A stretch of 64,000 bases of DNA from Laetmonice hystrix (taxonomy: Eukaryota). The stretch covers positions 15,004,001 through 15,068,000 of the forward strand of contig OZ249447.1 in NCBI GenBank assembly GCA_965235115.1, written 5' to 3'. This document shows, one piece after another, positions 1 through 15,000 of the stretch. Made by a program: the position numbers and the translations under genes. Below the pieces are notes generated by a model. The model did not search any database. It saw nothing but the letters and a program-made list of their open reading frames with translations, and was not told the DNA's origin. Within the stretch, counting starts at the first letter, position 1. The number at the start of each line of letters is the position of its first letter.

Positions 1-94
1 GTGCCTTAATAACAAATCTCGTGTTAGACCGCCATGATTTGACAGTACGTTGCCTGCAGTGTGACAGTGACCTATGAAAGTTAGCACCACTCAC

Positions 95-3000
95 TGAGAT
101 AGTTTTCCACTCGCCCTCCTGTGTCGGTGGCGGCCACCGGTTTGAGTCCTTGTCCCCTACTGTTTGGCATTCACTGTTCCGGACCTATATAAACAAAAGG
201 CATGAGAGTGACAACTGAGGAAAAAAATACTTAAAAAATTATCCAGGGATGGGTTTAGATTTTCTCAGCCGTTTTCTAGCTATGCTCAGTAGAAAAACTG
301 CAGTATTAGTACATATCTTAGATGCATTTCTGTATTTTGAGGTAAGCTGAGAGTTAGTGTAATTTGACACTTGAATAGTCGCGTATCCTTTTTTCCATTA
401 TTTCTTTTAAATGTGTATATCCAGGCATGAGACTTCTGTGAATTACTGCCACTCAGACGTGTTGGGTCGGTACCACCTATTGTGCTTAGGATCTGGCCTT
501 AAAAAAATCTATTTCCGAGAACGTTTCTGAGCCAGATGTCGTACAAATTTATGATGAAGGTAACACAGACAAAAGAAACTCTTTTTCAACCAATTTCTAT
601 AGAACCACAAAGTATATTCACCCATCGTATTGAGGTGATATGGAATGAATGCAAGTGGTGGGATAAGAAACATCTAAGTGGAGGCCATGAAAACCGTAAA
701 TACTGAAGTTTCCAATCATTACGTTTATATCTCTGTAGTACTGATGTCCCGACTGGGGAATATTTCTGACATGTTCGCTGCATATATCTTCACATATTTT
801 TATTTGACATGCGATAATTAGTGTTGTATTGTTGTAGTGCGGTTAATGATTTGACCTCAAATCAAGATTAGAGAATAGATCTGTCAGTTTGAAAGAAATG
901 TCTGGCAGTTATCATGGACATGGTAGTTTCCAATTGTAGAACTGTTAGGTCTATATATAAATACTGCATTAATGGAAGAAATGTGTTGGCAGCACTGACC
1001 TGGAAGTGGAAGATGGCGTCGTCGTCTGTGTACTGGTAGGTGAACTTGGCCTCTCCGGCCCTGACGAGCGTGGCTGAGAATATGAGGCTGGCTGAGCAAC
1101 CCCCAGCCAGAGACGCCATGTAGTTCCCCTTGGGCACCCATCCTGTCCTAGACAACAGAAAACACGTCATTACGTCACACGTCACGTCAACAGACGCTAA
1201 CAACGTCATAAAGGATAGAAGTCTCGCCAGAGTTTTCCTCTCTAACCCGGCGTAAAGAGGTCACTCTGACTCTGTCATGTCATCTTATCTGAATCCTTGA
1301 ACTTGTCTGTTCACAGTCTCATCTACTGTCACAATTATCCTCTCTCATCTTCTCTACTCACAGAGAATCCTGTCCCATCTACTTAATGAGTATTATTACT
1401 TGAAGACATCATCTTATCTAACAGGGTATTTTTCCTTCAGAAAGTCTCAAACACTCTCAAGACGCTATTAGTATATACTTGAGGTACCAGGACCACACTG
1501 AACAGAATACCTTGATCAATACACCTGTTTGTCAAAAATGGGCACTCATTTTGTGATTACGGGGGGGGGGGGGGACCCTTCACTATATTATAGATACGGC
1601 ACGTCGCTGTGTACCCTACCCGTAACTCCTAACCCACTGTAAGCCCTTAACAAAGGTTTTGATCTGTAGTTCTGCACTGCAAACAATAAAGGCCCATCTC
1701 AGTTTGGGCGTGTCACAGTCATGGTGGGTGTTGTATACAGTAAACCAGCGCCACACTGACAGACCAATTAGATAAACTACAGGATGCCACACCGTCAGGT
1801 CACAACGGTTTTTCAGGACGAAAAGAAGGAGGGAATCAGTCATATATCCTGGCTTGGTTGTACATACATGTAGGCGTCCCCCTCCCTAACAGTGAGTACA
1901 ACGTGTCAGGGAGTGTTCGGGCTGGGACCAATCACACAGGTTGTTTGACAGTCCTGGGCCGTGACACCAGTTGTCAAGCGAATGTACACAGTGGTTACAA
2001 TTCAGGCAAGGCCCGGAGTCTAAAGGCTGCCACGATTATCTATCAATACTGGAGTTTCACCTCATTATGTAGTACCTACAGCACAAAGGGATAGAAACAA
2101 TACCGGTATATCTACCTACAAACCCCATGAAATATCTACTGGTTTACTCTGTCTGATGAGTGGTATGATTCAGGAGTTGATCGGGTTTTTGATGAATATA
2201 TTGTGTCCTTCTCTGCGCAGTCAAAGCCCTGTACATCTACGACTGGTGCTTAGATCACACTCATACACATTATACAATAACAGATGTTTATGGCCGCATA
2301 ATTAGCGCAAAATCTTCAAAGAAAAAGGTGTATGACGATTGCTTACAATTAGTGAATATAACCGCATAATTTTCTCATAAGGAATAGGGAAGAGAAGATA
2401 CCAATTACATATAAACGGTACTTGTTAATATATCATGCCGTATCAACAGATTCACCGCACTCCATCACGCCTCTTTCATAGAGGTCCATTGGAAATCTTG
2501 CAAAGCCAATCGATTTCTCACGCAGAGACTTATTGTCAACGGTTAGGAGGGACTGTTCAACTGTTTTACACGGGTGTGAACGGAGACGAGTTATTATTCA
2601 CGCCTCCTACCAACCACTGAGTTTGTTTAGATCTATGCACTGCGCTCTCTCATTTCACACCGATTCATTGGTGATTAACACAATGTCACTAACAAGGGCG
2701 CCATTTACTTGCCTCTAAAACAGCCTCAGAACAGCCCTCATTAGGCGAAATTAGCTATTGTGTGCCCAACTCCCCACGTTGACTCATTGTGTTTTTTATA
2801 TTTCTGGTGCTGAGTTCGTTTTTTTTTCACTTCGAAGTACATGTACTACCGGTATCAGAAAATGGCTCATTTGCTCTCTCCAAGGTCGACTTCAGGCCGG
2901 ATAGACTCTGTGGAACGGTTCTATATGACTGTCCTGTACTTTACGGATGATCAAGGCTTTAGTAAATAGGTTTGTTGATTCGGTCTATTGGCCGATAATA

Positions 3001-6000
3001 ATGAAGGGCTTCCTCCATTTTTGTCCCCTCTATTGGAGGACCCACTCAAAAAGTGTGTCGCCCGTTATTCCTCAAGATCTTTCTCGAATAGTATGAACCA
3101 GTAAAATGTTGCTGGCAAATCATAAGAATGGTTCTTTTTTTTTTCATTTTGGGACACATTTGTCTCCCCTTTCCACCATCTGAGTAAGTCAATGCTGACT
3201 GGGTCATTTCGTGTATTTTGGACACTCTTATACCTTCCATAGTTTGTCCTTTGCTGTTGTCCGAATCTTGTATTGTAGACCGTGGAACACTTCTGAAGAA
3301 AAAGCAATAAGCTGGTGCTGAGTCACTTTGATATTCAGCTTCCTGGCCTTCCAGGCGGTCTGACATCGTATCGACCAGAAAATATGCAATGACAAATTGG
3401 ATAGATACAGCCTTAATACTGTCTTATCTTCAAGGTAATATATCGTGCAGGATGACGTCCGCGAGTGTAAACGCCAGTTCTAACCGTCCAAAATCACCAA
3501 GGACTACCACCATTAGTCCCGGGGTATATTCTATATATATACTGCCTCCAATATTGGACTGATATATACTGCCTCCAATATTGGACTGATATATACTGCC
3601 TCCAATATTGGACTGATATATATACTGCCTCCAATATTGGACTGGCTCTTACTTTCAATTCTTGATACTTCCAGCTCTGATGTGTTGGGAATATATGGAG
3701 ACAAATTTCAACGCATCCAAATGAAAGTATACAAGAATAATAGTGAAGTATAAAATATTGTCCTTTCTTGTCTGACTTCCATTATCAGTAGATCAAAGCA
3801 CTTGTTCATTATAAAATTATGGAAATAACCTATTGACCACCTTGGTAACATGACAAAGTGTTGCAGTAAAACAACAACAGTGTTTCACTTGCCGCACAGC
3901 CTTTGTTAACTCTCCATCCTGCGGCTATCCCTGATTTGTCAGGATGGGAAGTGAGGCAGAATGCCGGCTTACAAACGATCACTGATGACCTTTGCGGCGG
4001 GAGGCGGAGGCAGCGGCCATGAAAGCCAGTGGGAGGGGAGGGAGGAGGCGGTGAGAAAGATGCTGTGGTCTCCTGATACACGGTGACGGAGTCAGTGGAG
4101 TGGGAGGGACCAAGGCATCCTCTTCAGTCAGGGTACCTTGCTCTGACAAGGACCGCCTTGGCCCACTCACGACGGCGTGACGCACTACACCGACTGACTG
4201 AACGCTGCAAGACGCGACGTCTGGACGCGCCAAACACCGGCAACGTTTTGTGACGTCATGATCGCAGACGACCTACGGACTGGGCGTGGAAAGGTTTTGT
4301 GCGGGGTGTCTGTCTGTTTCTGGGTTCTTTCATGTCACACTCTTAATGTTACACCCATGAAGGCACTAACCACGCCCTTCTCCGCCCAGCCACCATTCCC
4401 AAATCCTTAGAGTGGCCCAGTCAGCAAATAATTAATACTTGAGCGACCACTAAACTGAAATAAAATACAAAAAACATTCTAGTCATTGGTACTGTAAGAT
4501 TTCCAGGATAACATTGATAAAATAAGATGTGTTTTTATGATATCCTTTATTTATTCAAGATACTGAGTTAAAGCAATTTGCTTTTTTGCGAGTTTATTAA
4601 ATGTGATCAATTATCAATTAGTGCGATCAATTTTACTAACAAATGACTAAAAACCTACGAGCATCAATTAAGTCCTTCCCATGTAGCCATTTCCGTCTGC
4701 AAGGATTACTTGCCCAAATCAGTAAAACTCGTGCAATGATCCACCCAGCCATATGCGTCCACCCATATCAGTGCAGCCAAGAGAAAAATAAGCTTTATCT
4801 TTAGTTCTGGTGGATACAACTGAGTCTAAGACGGCTATGTTCTGTGTGGATGGGTAGTCGGCACTGATTGAAACCACCTCGGGTCGGCAGGAGGCGGGCT
4901 GAGAGGCAATGGATTATGTCCCTTCTTGGTATGCACTTTAACCCTACTGAGCTGGGTGCTCAGGCATGGCAAATAATCATCAGTAAAGGCCAGCTCGTTT
5001 CCTCTGAAACTTAATAACCTGAAGATGTCTGCAAGTTTCTCAAACTCAAAGGTAAATTCGGTTTTAAAAGAGTTTTAAGAAGTATCAGGGTTAGACATTG
5101 ATGTACCACGTGATCCTGTAAAATTATACCTGACATACAATTCTTAAAAGGCTTACTCGGGAGTTGAACCCAATCTTCCCCAGACATCACCCCCAATAAC
5201 TTGAGCTTGCTTGCTGACTGACATCTTCCTTCACTGTGATCGACACGGTGAATTACGAGTTCTGAGGTCCGCGGGAAACGGCTGGAAGGGCCATTGTGCC
5301 TCAAGTCCATCAGTGTCTCTGAGACGGCTCGGAGATAACCAGGCATATAAAGTCTCCGTCTCAGACAGAAGGCCGCCCCCCTCCGTCCCAACCTCAGTCC
5401 ACAGACTGCGACAATTCTACACCACTGACGTGAGCGTCCCCGACGTCTACCGCCCCACGGGGTCGGGATATGTCCGATAGGGGGCGCTCCATCGGCTGCG
5501 CCGGTCATCCACCAAATGCTCTAAACCGTGATTTGGTGCCTGTTCTATCTCCTCCCTCCCTCAGGCCCTCCTGGCTTCCTGCATCTAGCAACTACGTGCC
5601 AAAATAGGGCGGCTAGTTTGTACATCCATCAATCTCAAATAACTGGAACTGATGGCAAATACTGATGAAGGACAATATTTAGGGGGAACACTAGACAGAA
5701 TACCCATAGATTCTAGATAATCAAAATCCGAATATTACGAATTCATTTGTTTGATGAACTGTTCTCCAGTCCACAGTTTTATTTAACGAATTTCAGTTGA
5801 GAGGGAAACAGACACCACTTAGAACCATTAGGGCTCACCTGGTTCCCACGATCCTGCGTTTGCCAGATTTCCGAAGGCTGTCGCCCTAACAGCAATAAGA
5901 ACTGCAACACTTATGGCTCATTACCGTCCTAGCTGTCACAGCGAAAGCTCATAATTTTATATAAGAAATGGTCGACCAGCGTCGTGCAAAATGTTAGAGT

Positions 6001-9000
6001 TAACCTTCAGTCACATTTCAGGCCCTTCAGAAACGATGGACCAAATCTGTTTATCATTGAAAGCCTTGAGGAGAGATAAAATCTATACCGGCCATTTGTT
6101 TATTTTAAATCCTTCTGTAGTTTCTTCCACTGCTGTGCCATGACAAGGCAATAATAAGGATACCGGTATATTGAGAATCCTTAGTGTATGTCAGTACCAC
6201 TGGACCGTATCTCTGGCTGTGTTTGGGTCGCATCCCGAGACATGAAGCCATGTGCTGGTCACACTGAGTGATCAGGCCCACTGAGCCGTGCTGCCACACA
6301 TATCATGGGGGTCGTATCTCTGGGACTAGAGGGACAAAAAACGAGTCTCCAGTCAGCTGCAACCCTTCACTCCGGAAATTCATCATCTTCAGCTGCATGT
6401 GACGTAGTCAATGTCACAGACCAAGACGTAGCCTTCTTGATACAGAATTAATCCGGACCTTTTTTGGTCATAGAACTAGCATCAGACTATGATCCCATTC
6501 TAAATATCTATTGTTCTGGTGTTCCTCAGCAAAAATGAAATACACAAAATCATTTCAGCCACATATTTGAAACTTGACAGGGAATCGAACCTTGACCCGT
6601 TAATGTCATCCCAGGACCGAATGCTGAGGATGAATCATTGCCATGGGAACGGCTGCCATGACAACTGCAATTCAAGGAGTAGCAAGTGGCAAGTCTGACG
6701 CCAGATGGTATCGCATTGCCAGACAAATGTATCTTCAAGACTTCGCATCGATCGGGAAACACTGCGTCCCATGCGTTCTTTAATCCGAGTATTCAGTTTT
6801 ACGGTAAAATCAGGGTATAAATAAATATGTGTTACGGGTAGCTTGGAAGGGAATCCATTTTGTTAACATGGGCAACATTACACGAAAACAAGGTGTGTGG
6901 AAACCTATGGGCACAAGTAGTTCAAGCCATCATATAAACGCTCTTATTGGTAGTTTCTTCGTCTACACACTTCGTCTTTAATTGACTGATATACAGCGTT
7001 TGTTGAGGAACTCTCTCCTGTTCCCCCTAGACACTAATGTCAATGTGCATGATGAGTTTACAAAGACAATATTATTAGGAATGAAAGTGAAGGTAAACTA
7101 GAAAAAGATTCAAAAATCGGTATTTTTAAAGCACACTTACCGGTACATTGTACATGTAGATACTTGGAGTCCTTTACAATAGAATGCCGCCACTAATAAT
7201 TTTATTTTGGTTTTATTTCCTTGCCAAATTTAGACAAAATCAGATAATTTCCATTTAATTTAAAAAAGCGATAATCTTTGACCCGTTTTTGTTTGTTCAT
7301 TAGCCACAGGAAAACGTATTTGTATCTACCAGTAATTTAGGCTTCCAAGAAGAGTATCTTATCTGTGATATAATGGCCAACAACCAGGTCAGATAAACGG
7401 TAGAGTTTAATACTTTCTGCACATTATTGTCTTTAACCTTCCCGTTAAACGTCCCACTGATGTGATCAAGAGAACAAACCATGCAATGATTCGATTTTAC
7501 AGCGATTAGTAATTCATTTCCCACTAATAGCATGAATTCATCATTATCCAAGGGACGCATTCAGCAAAGCATCACATAATTAATATAAAATATTTAGGAA
7601 ACACAAAGACCCTGCTGAGACAAGTATCATAATGCGGCGACTGCAGGCAGTCTCTGTAAAATTATTTTCAAAATCCCTAGTGGCACTGGTTTTCCAATCA
7701 TGTGAAGGTCATGGAAAATGCCAGGGGTAGAGAGAATTTTTTTTTAAATCTCCAAACTTTTGCAAATCTCACAAAGAAGCCTATCCTCCTGTTCTGGCAT
7801 ACACTGTTGTTTACGAACAAACCACGTGCACTTACTCCGTACAGTTGCCCTTGCTGAGGTCCTTCTTCTTGGAGAAGACCTTCAAGGCCGGGATGTTGTA
7901 GCTCTCCGACTTGACGGTAAATCCTGTAGGCAGCTCCTGCCAATCCTCAAACCGAAGTCCACCGCCCAGAGAGTAGGTACCCGCCGGGCATGGCTGGCAC
8001 TCCTGGGCGCCCGTGATATCCAGGAACTGCCCAGACTCGCACGTAAACTCTGCCACAACAAAATCATCACTTGCAATGAAAACCGAGGTTATGACCTTGT
8101 GGCAAACGATACGGTTTAAGTAGGGTGTGGATACCCCCCCAAAAAACAAATTAAAACAATTACAATTGATGCTTGTGATTTTATCCCATTTCAGCAGTTT
8201 CCATGACACGTACAAGACCTGACAACAGTAACCATGCAATTACCTAAGCAGCTGATTACTAAACTTCCTCCCCAGTACCATTGTCAGCATCCTTATCATT
8301 GCTACCTGACTCACTGCCTTCAACAAGTATCCACTTCATATGGTAGGTTTCCAAATTTGCAACACGTGGCCGTTTCTAAAAACTGATACTGAACTGAGTC
8401 TCTTGAATTGGTTTGCATGAACTAAGACTAAGAGAGAAGGGAAACGTGGATGGAGTTCAGGTCTAGGAAATAGCCAAACCACTGACTTTAATTAGTTTAA
8501 TGGCTACAAAGGATTACCTGTACTATAGGTACGTATAAGTAAATATAAATAATTATATTAATTTGTTTGCATTTCATTCAGTCTATCTGCAAAATTAGAG
8601 GCAGCTTCTTGCCAGGGTTTCCGCCAGAAAAAAAAATTAGGGTACGGACCAGAGGGTTAGGGTTAAGGTTAGGGTTAGCCTAACCTAACCCTAACTGCTG
8701 TTACAAATATGTGAATTAATCAAATAAAGACTGCATATACTCTACAACATATTTGATTCCTTCAAGTTGCTCAATGCATCATCAGGAGGTTTTTATCACT
8801 TCAAGGAAAAATGGTTACCCAACGATTTTGAGGGTACGGATCCGTACGCTGGAAAAATTTTAGGGTACGGAATTTTACCCATTTTACCCTCTGGCGGAAA
8901 CCCTGCTTGCTTTTCATCAAAATTCGACTTCGCAGAACAGAGGCCAACAAAGTAACAGAATTTATGGTGTGCTCTCGACTATATTGTATTATAGACTAAA

Positions 9001-12000
9001 TGTTCCCCAACGTGATCTGATCCATTAACGTTCACCCCCCCCCCCCTCCTCCCCGATTAGAAACCAAATATAAACTCCCACTGGGATCCTCTACCTGATT
9101 ATAAGATTGATTCATTATCATTCACCGCGTGTTTTACAGAGAACATTTGGATTCTGTGACCAACCAATTTCACAGTCACCTGGGCCCGGTTTTTTTTGTT
9201 TGTTGCTCACACTGAGCTGAGCTGAGCAAGGCTGAGCTCACCATATCGGATATCGTGAGACAAGTAGCCTTGCTCAGGTTCAAGATCATGTTGGTGAACA
9301 AGCTCATCCCGTGCTCAGCTCATGGAGAAAAAAAACAAACCGGGTGTGAGCTCAGCTCAGCCTTGCTCACCCCATCTCAGCCTTGCTCACCCCATCTCAG
9401 CCTTGCTCACCCCATCTCGGCCTTGCTCACCCCATCTCAGCCTTGCTCACCCCATCTCAGCCTTGCTCACCCCATCTCAGCCTTGCTCATAAAAAACGGG
9501 CCCAGGAGCTGTTTCATACCAATAAGAACACTGAACACCAGTTGAATTACCACTGTAGCAATGACCACCTGATCAACTGGTGAGTCAGCATTACCAATCT
9601 TCCTTCTATCTGACAACAGATCAATACCTCACTTATATCTATATAGTTTACTTTGAAAGTATGTTAGCTGTGTATGTACAGCTGAGCTTTGACTAGCCGG
9701 TTCTTTCCTATCTGTTGCCTTCTGAAATACCTCGATAACACGGAGGGGTGGTGGTGCCACTGGTGGTGATGGTGGGGGGTGGGGGTGGGGGGGGGGGGGG
9801 GGGGTCCCAGCCTTGATTATAAGGTGTGTTCGAAAAGTACCGGTATCATTTCCGTCTTTAAAAGCGCCTACTCTCCTATTTCATACACACATGACGACAC
9901 CTGATGGAATATTCAATTTACTTTTCAATGTGTTTTTTTTTTGCCCCCTGCCGCTAGTCGGCTGAGTGACAATGCAATAGTTGTACAGTTGATTAAATCT
10001 ACCACAGTTCACTCAATACAAGCCGATGTACCACCGACATACCAGTAAACCTTTTTAACCTTTTCACAAATTGCTTTCGCAGAATTACCGAAGCGCCCCG
10101 AGTAAAATGAGCGCTTACATGAGTCCCTAATGATGGCTACTCGTGACGTTATAAGCCAGTCCTAAGACAGTCCACGTGTTTCTGCTGTCAATGTCACGTG
10201 GTTTTACAGTGGTATTCAGACGGGCCCAATGTCCCCCAACATCCTCCCACGCCGCTGGTGACACCAGGCAGGCCTCGGTGGCAGGTTTACTAACTACAGT
10301 ATTCTCTGACTTGACTTGACTTGCACACCACGGCATATTGCGTAACATTACGGCGTCACACATCGGGCAATTACCCATTAATTACTTCATTCAGACAACG
10401 TAGGCCTAGTTGTGCCATTTATTGCCCTGAGGTAAATGCTGGTGTTTCATTTGGTCTACGAAACCTTATTTGCCGTGTGTTTTCCATCCCTTTAATACCG
10501 TATTTTATCTTGTACTGACTTGTACGGTACTTTTCTCTTTCACTACTGTTTCAATGACTCCAGTAAAAGATTTAAGGCGATAAAATTTGTAAGGCTTGCA
10601 ATTGCTTCGGCGATATTTCCAAATCAATCATGTTTCAGCTTATTAGCGTTTCTGAAACATTTCCGCAGGTGCAATCGGTACATGTGTGACAGGGGCAGCG
10701 CCTACAAACACCATGGCAACCTTTCCCAGCCACCACTCTGCTCCAAATGATTGAGTTACCATGGAAACGTGTCCATCCCCTTCCCCTCTATTACACACCT
10801 TGGGTCAAATAAAGCTACTCAAGTACTTCACCTAAATCCCTTATCCAGAGGACACAGAGTCAATATAAAATCTATTTTGTAATTCGACAATATGATCTCT
10901 CCGGGGCATTTCTAGGTATACATACAACATCTTTTGAAATTGAGCCGACAAACTCTGCAACTATTTCTTTACAATAAATGTTTCTATGCCTATGGTCTGT
11001 AAAGTATAGTTAATGGCGTCTGGAAACAGCTGGAAGGGTGAGCAAAGTGTAGCTTCTACATCAGTGCACTCAATTAGCTTTTTTCAGACACCACATTCAC
11101 ATTTCAGATACTCATTTCCATAATATTGTGACCGAAACATCTGGTTCAGATTAATCACTTCAAATGGTATTACTATTCCAATGGAACCTAACAGGAATTT
11201 ATACACACAAAAAGTCACATCCACAGCACATTTATATGACTCTCGCACAGCATATTTCCCATAATGGTATTCCAGAGAAAATTAGTCAGTCACAAAAAAG
11301 CCTGACAATGCTCCACCATCCTTTAAAATATTTCTTCTTCTAGACATATACCGGTACTTGTGTACAATACAACCGGTATGTTATAATACAGGTCTGTAAA
11401 AACTATTGTTGTGAAAACTACTGAGTGCCTTATACTGGCTGATAACTAAATGCTTGCGGCCCAGTATCTGTCAGAACACATCATACATCCCGTCCATATA
11501 GAGACCCCGACTCGGAGCCCTGATCTACACACAACGACCTGCATACACAATCATACCAAACCCGGCCCCCACTCGCTCACAGACGAGCTGGGTTTAGCGC
11601 CGTTTTCGGACCATTCCTTTCATCCCCCAGTCGGATAATTTCCAGCTGCTCGCAGTCAGTCCCGATCGGTTAGTCCATTCTGACTGCGACTGCCTGTCGC
11701 GAGGGATTGCTACTTTATCCCACTGCTGAGCCGGCCATTATCTGAATCATTTGTTTTCTGTGAACAGCACCGTGACTCGCGCCCAAACCAAGATCATGCT
11801 GGATTGTCACATCGTAACATAATTTTCCACATGTTTCTAAAATCCAACCACATAGTCAGCCAGCTGCTTCAACAATACAAAAATGGGTTTTTATTCAAAT
11901 GTAAAAACAGAGGGCATTCTTCCTCAAATTATTCAAAGGTTTACATACTGTTTTGCTTTAGAAGTGAAAATTTTTCGATAGGGATTATAGTGACAGATCT

Positions 12001-15000
12001 GGACTGAACTTTACAATATATACAGACAACTGTTCAGATATATAAAATCTTTGTTTTCGATTACGAGAAGCCTTTATAAGACCGCACTGTGCCTGGCTCC
12101 TTGTTTGAACTCTCTGAACACGTCCCAACACTCTCTGTCCAGTTTGGTCTACTCCAACCACTGAACCAGGCTGTGGCACAGAAACAAGACCAGACACAGC
12201 GACTAGTGCCTGGAACGCTGGTACTATAGTACAAAGGCCCTATTAGTGAGCTAATATACCTTTTTGATTATATATAAATTGACTATAACTATACCAGCAG
12301 ACAGATACAAAGTGGATGTGTGTGCACGCAGGTGCGCAGACCTTGAATGCTTTCATAAAGGAAAGAGACGAAACGGTATTCTGCCAATACTGCGTCGTTT
12401 GCAGCTAATGATATTTAAAAAGGAATTATAACGATCTGCAGAAAAGGCATGCCCCTTAGTTACGTTGGAGGATCGTGGCAAGTAAGAAAAAATAAAAATA
12501 ATACTATGTTTGTTCTGCTAGTGAGGTAAGTGTCAATTACAAAGTACAATCTCATTACTGGTATCCCCCCCCAACCTGGATTGGTCATGGACCTCACAGA
12601 GACCTTCTGAATGAGGTTACCCAGTGCTCAGACGGCTCTCTGATCAGGTCAGACTGTCTGGTAACTGCCCTCCCACAACCACAGAACTGGTCATGAGAAT
12701 CCTCCTGAGATCACTGTGCATGCTAGCACTGTACATGAGTCTGTAACTAGTCAAAGGACCCCACCTGTATCACGTCAGTATGGCCTGACAGCTTGTAACT
12801 ATCGGTATGATGGAAACTGTTCCTCTCCTACATGTATTACCCATGCTGCACTATATCTGGGCATGCATTCAGTGCTGCACTCTCACTCAATACTCAGGTT
12901 TGTGAAGTTGGTTTCTAATTACGACTCTGCTCACGCTAACTGGCCGTGAAATGACTTATACTGTGACCCATGAGCTGGTACATTGTAATTGGTATACTAT
13001 TCCAACAAACCAATTACCGGTACTGGATTAAATCCACAAGACAAATGTCATGTCTAAGTTACAACAGACATGAAATATATACAACATAGTTTCTTAGTGA
13101 AACCCTACTTCCCGCTGCACACCTCTACATACACATATAAATAATTTATTTCACAACGAAAATAAAAGCTATTTCACTGGCTGTTTTTGATGGCTATATT
13201 ATATATTAATATTCTGCTACAATGGCTATCTGAGAGACAATATAAAACTCTGCATTAATTATGACAGCACCGTTGTTTGAGTTTCTAATAGGGCAGACTT
13301 ACCACATCCTTTGCCGCGGGAGGGTGGGTTAGGAGCGCCATCGACACATGTGTTGGGTTTGGGGACACTGACTCGCCATCGACCGCCCTCGCTGTCACAC
13401 TCAGTGTATTCATAGTGGAAGTCGTGCTGAAATTAACCAATATATATATTGACATTTAACCAACTCCAATAATTTCGCGATTTTTCTTCAGGCCATCCAG
13501 GCTGAATTTCAACTTCAAGGGCATTTTTAAAAAGATATTGCACAGCACTCCTAAGATCCCTTGGGGTACGTTTTGCCCACAAGAAATTTGAGACAGTTAG
13601 TTCATTTTCCAGGCCTAGGCTACATATGTTTTTACCGTTTGTCGTTACTCTGCACTTTTCTGGCTAAACTTGTATAATTTTGCTTGTAGATCTATACCAG
13701 CCAGTCAACATGTATCTGACCTATAATAATTCTCACATGAAAATTCCCAAGGACCGTGTTACATGATATTGGTATTGAGTAAGACTAATTGCCCTGATCA
13801 TTTGTGTGGCAGCCGTCAGCACCTAATGATGAGGATGGTGATGATACCAGTATAATATGATAACCATGCTAGATAATGACAGTGGGTGGATGTGGGTCGA
13901 GCTAATAATGACACGGTCCCTTCCTAACCCTGGCCTAGTAGGCGTCCCCTCCCTCCCATCAGTAGGGCTGGGACGACATACTCTGTACATCTCGATATTT
14001 GCTCCACGATACGCATTGTAATGGAGATGAACAGTGTCAAATACATGTTTATTCAAAGATGATCTCATCAGAGTTTGCCTGAAATGGCTAGTGTAATTTT
14101 GAAAGATAATTTTCAAATAGGGTATTATATCTTTCCCCCACCCACAGTTGTAGTCCAATACAAGCTATTTTAAAGGATCCAAATATCTATAAAGTACTGG
14201 TACTCAGTAACAACCAGTCAAGTGTAACTTTATCTTCTGACCACTTGATATATTGATTGGAGCTGATAATCCTAAGTACAGGTGTATGCAAATGTTTCTA
14301 GCCATACTTCATTCGTTTCTATCTAGATCTCCTTTGAGTGCCACGACTATCACGACGGTGCGTTTCACTAAGCCCGAAAGACGTCTTTGAAATGGTCGCT
14401 GAGCCAAAGAGGTCTTTGTGGCAACGGGTGTTTCACTAACCATCTATTCTTTAACATTGGCACGGCAAAGACGTCTTTCCAAAGACGTCTTTGCTAAAGA
14501 CGTCTTTTGGTAACCTTCATAACGGTAATTACTTATATTTCTGTGTAATAAATTTAGTTAAGAGGTGAGATAATACATTTTAGACAATAAAAAGGACTCA
14601 TAGTCGCCTTCCCCTCTGCATTTATTTGATATGTGTATACGTATCTTGTGAGGTGACAGGTGTGAAAGGCCTGCCGCCCTGCCATCACAGCCCATAACAT
14701 TATCGTCATTGTACTATATAATCTACCTGTGTGAACATTCACAGTATAGGTACACCACCTGCCGACTTCCCAGAGCTCCATCCCTGGCCCCTATCATCCA
14801 GTACAGGTGGCACACTTACTCCGAGCAGGCAAGGGCTAGGGCACAGGTGGTATAAACTTACAAACAACAGGTAGGGCAACTGGCCAGCCTCCCAGCTGGT
14901 CACTGTCAATATGGACATTGAACTGTCAATATAGACAATGTTTGTGTCACCATGAACACTCACAATTTACATGTACTTAGGAAGTTAGGGGAGGAATATG

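Noticed and set aside
1-94. Possible further ELAPOR exon at 1-71
   Set aside because: It would need a 23-nt intron and has an in-frame stop; the next exon lies outside the window.
3960-5600. GC-rich intronic patches with ORFs (3979-4233, 5011-5508, 5211-5480)
   Set aside because: No recognisable protein motifs, splice-compatible exons or RNA gene boxes; possibly old repeats or enhancers, but unsupported.
8655-8695. TTAGGG/CCCTAA telomeric repeats
   Set aside because: This is a short degenerate run inside a TIR-bounded element, not a telomere or fusion scar.
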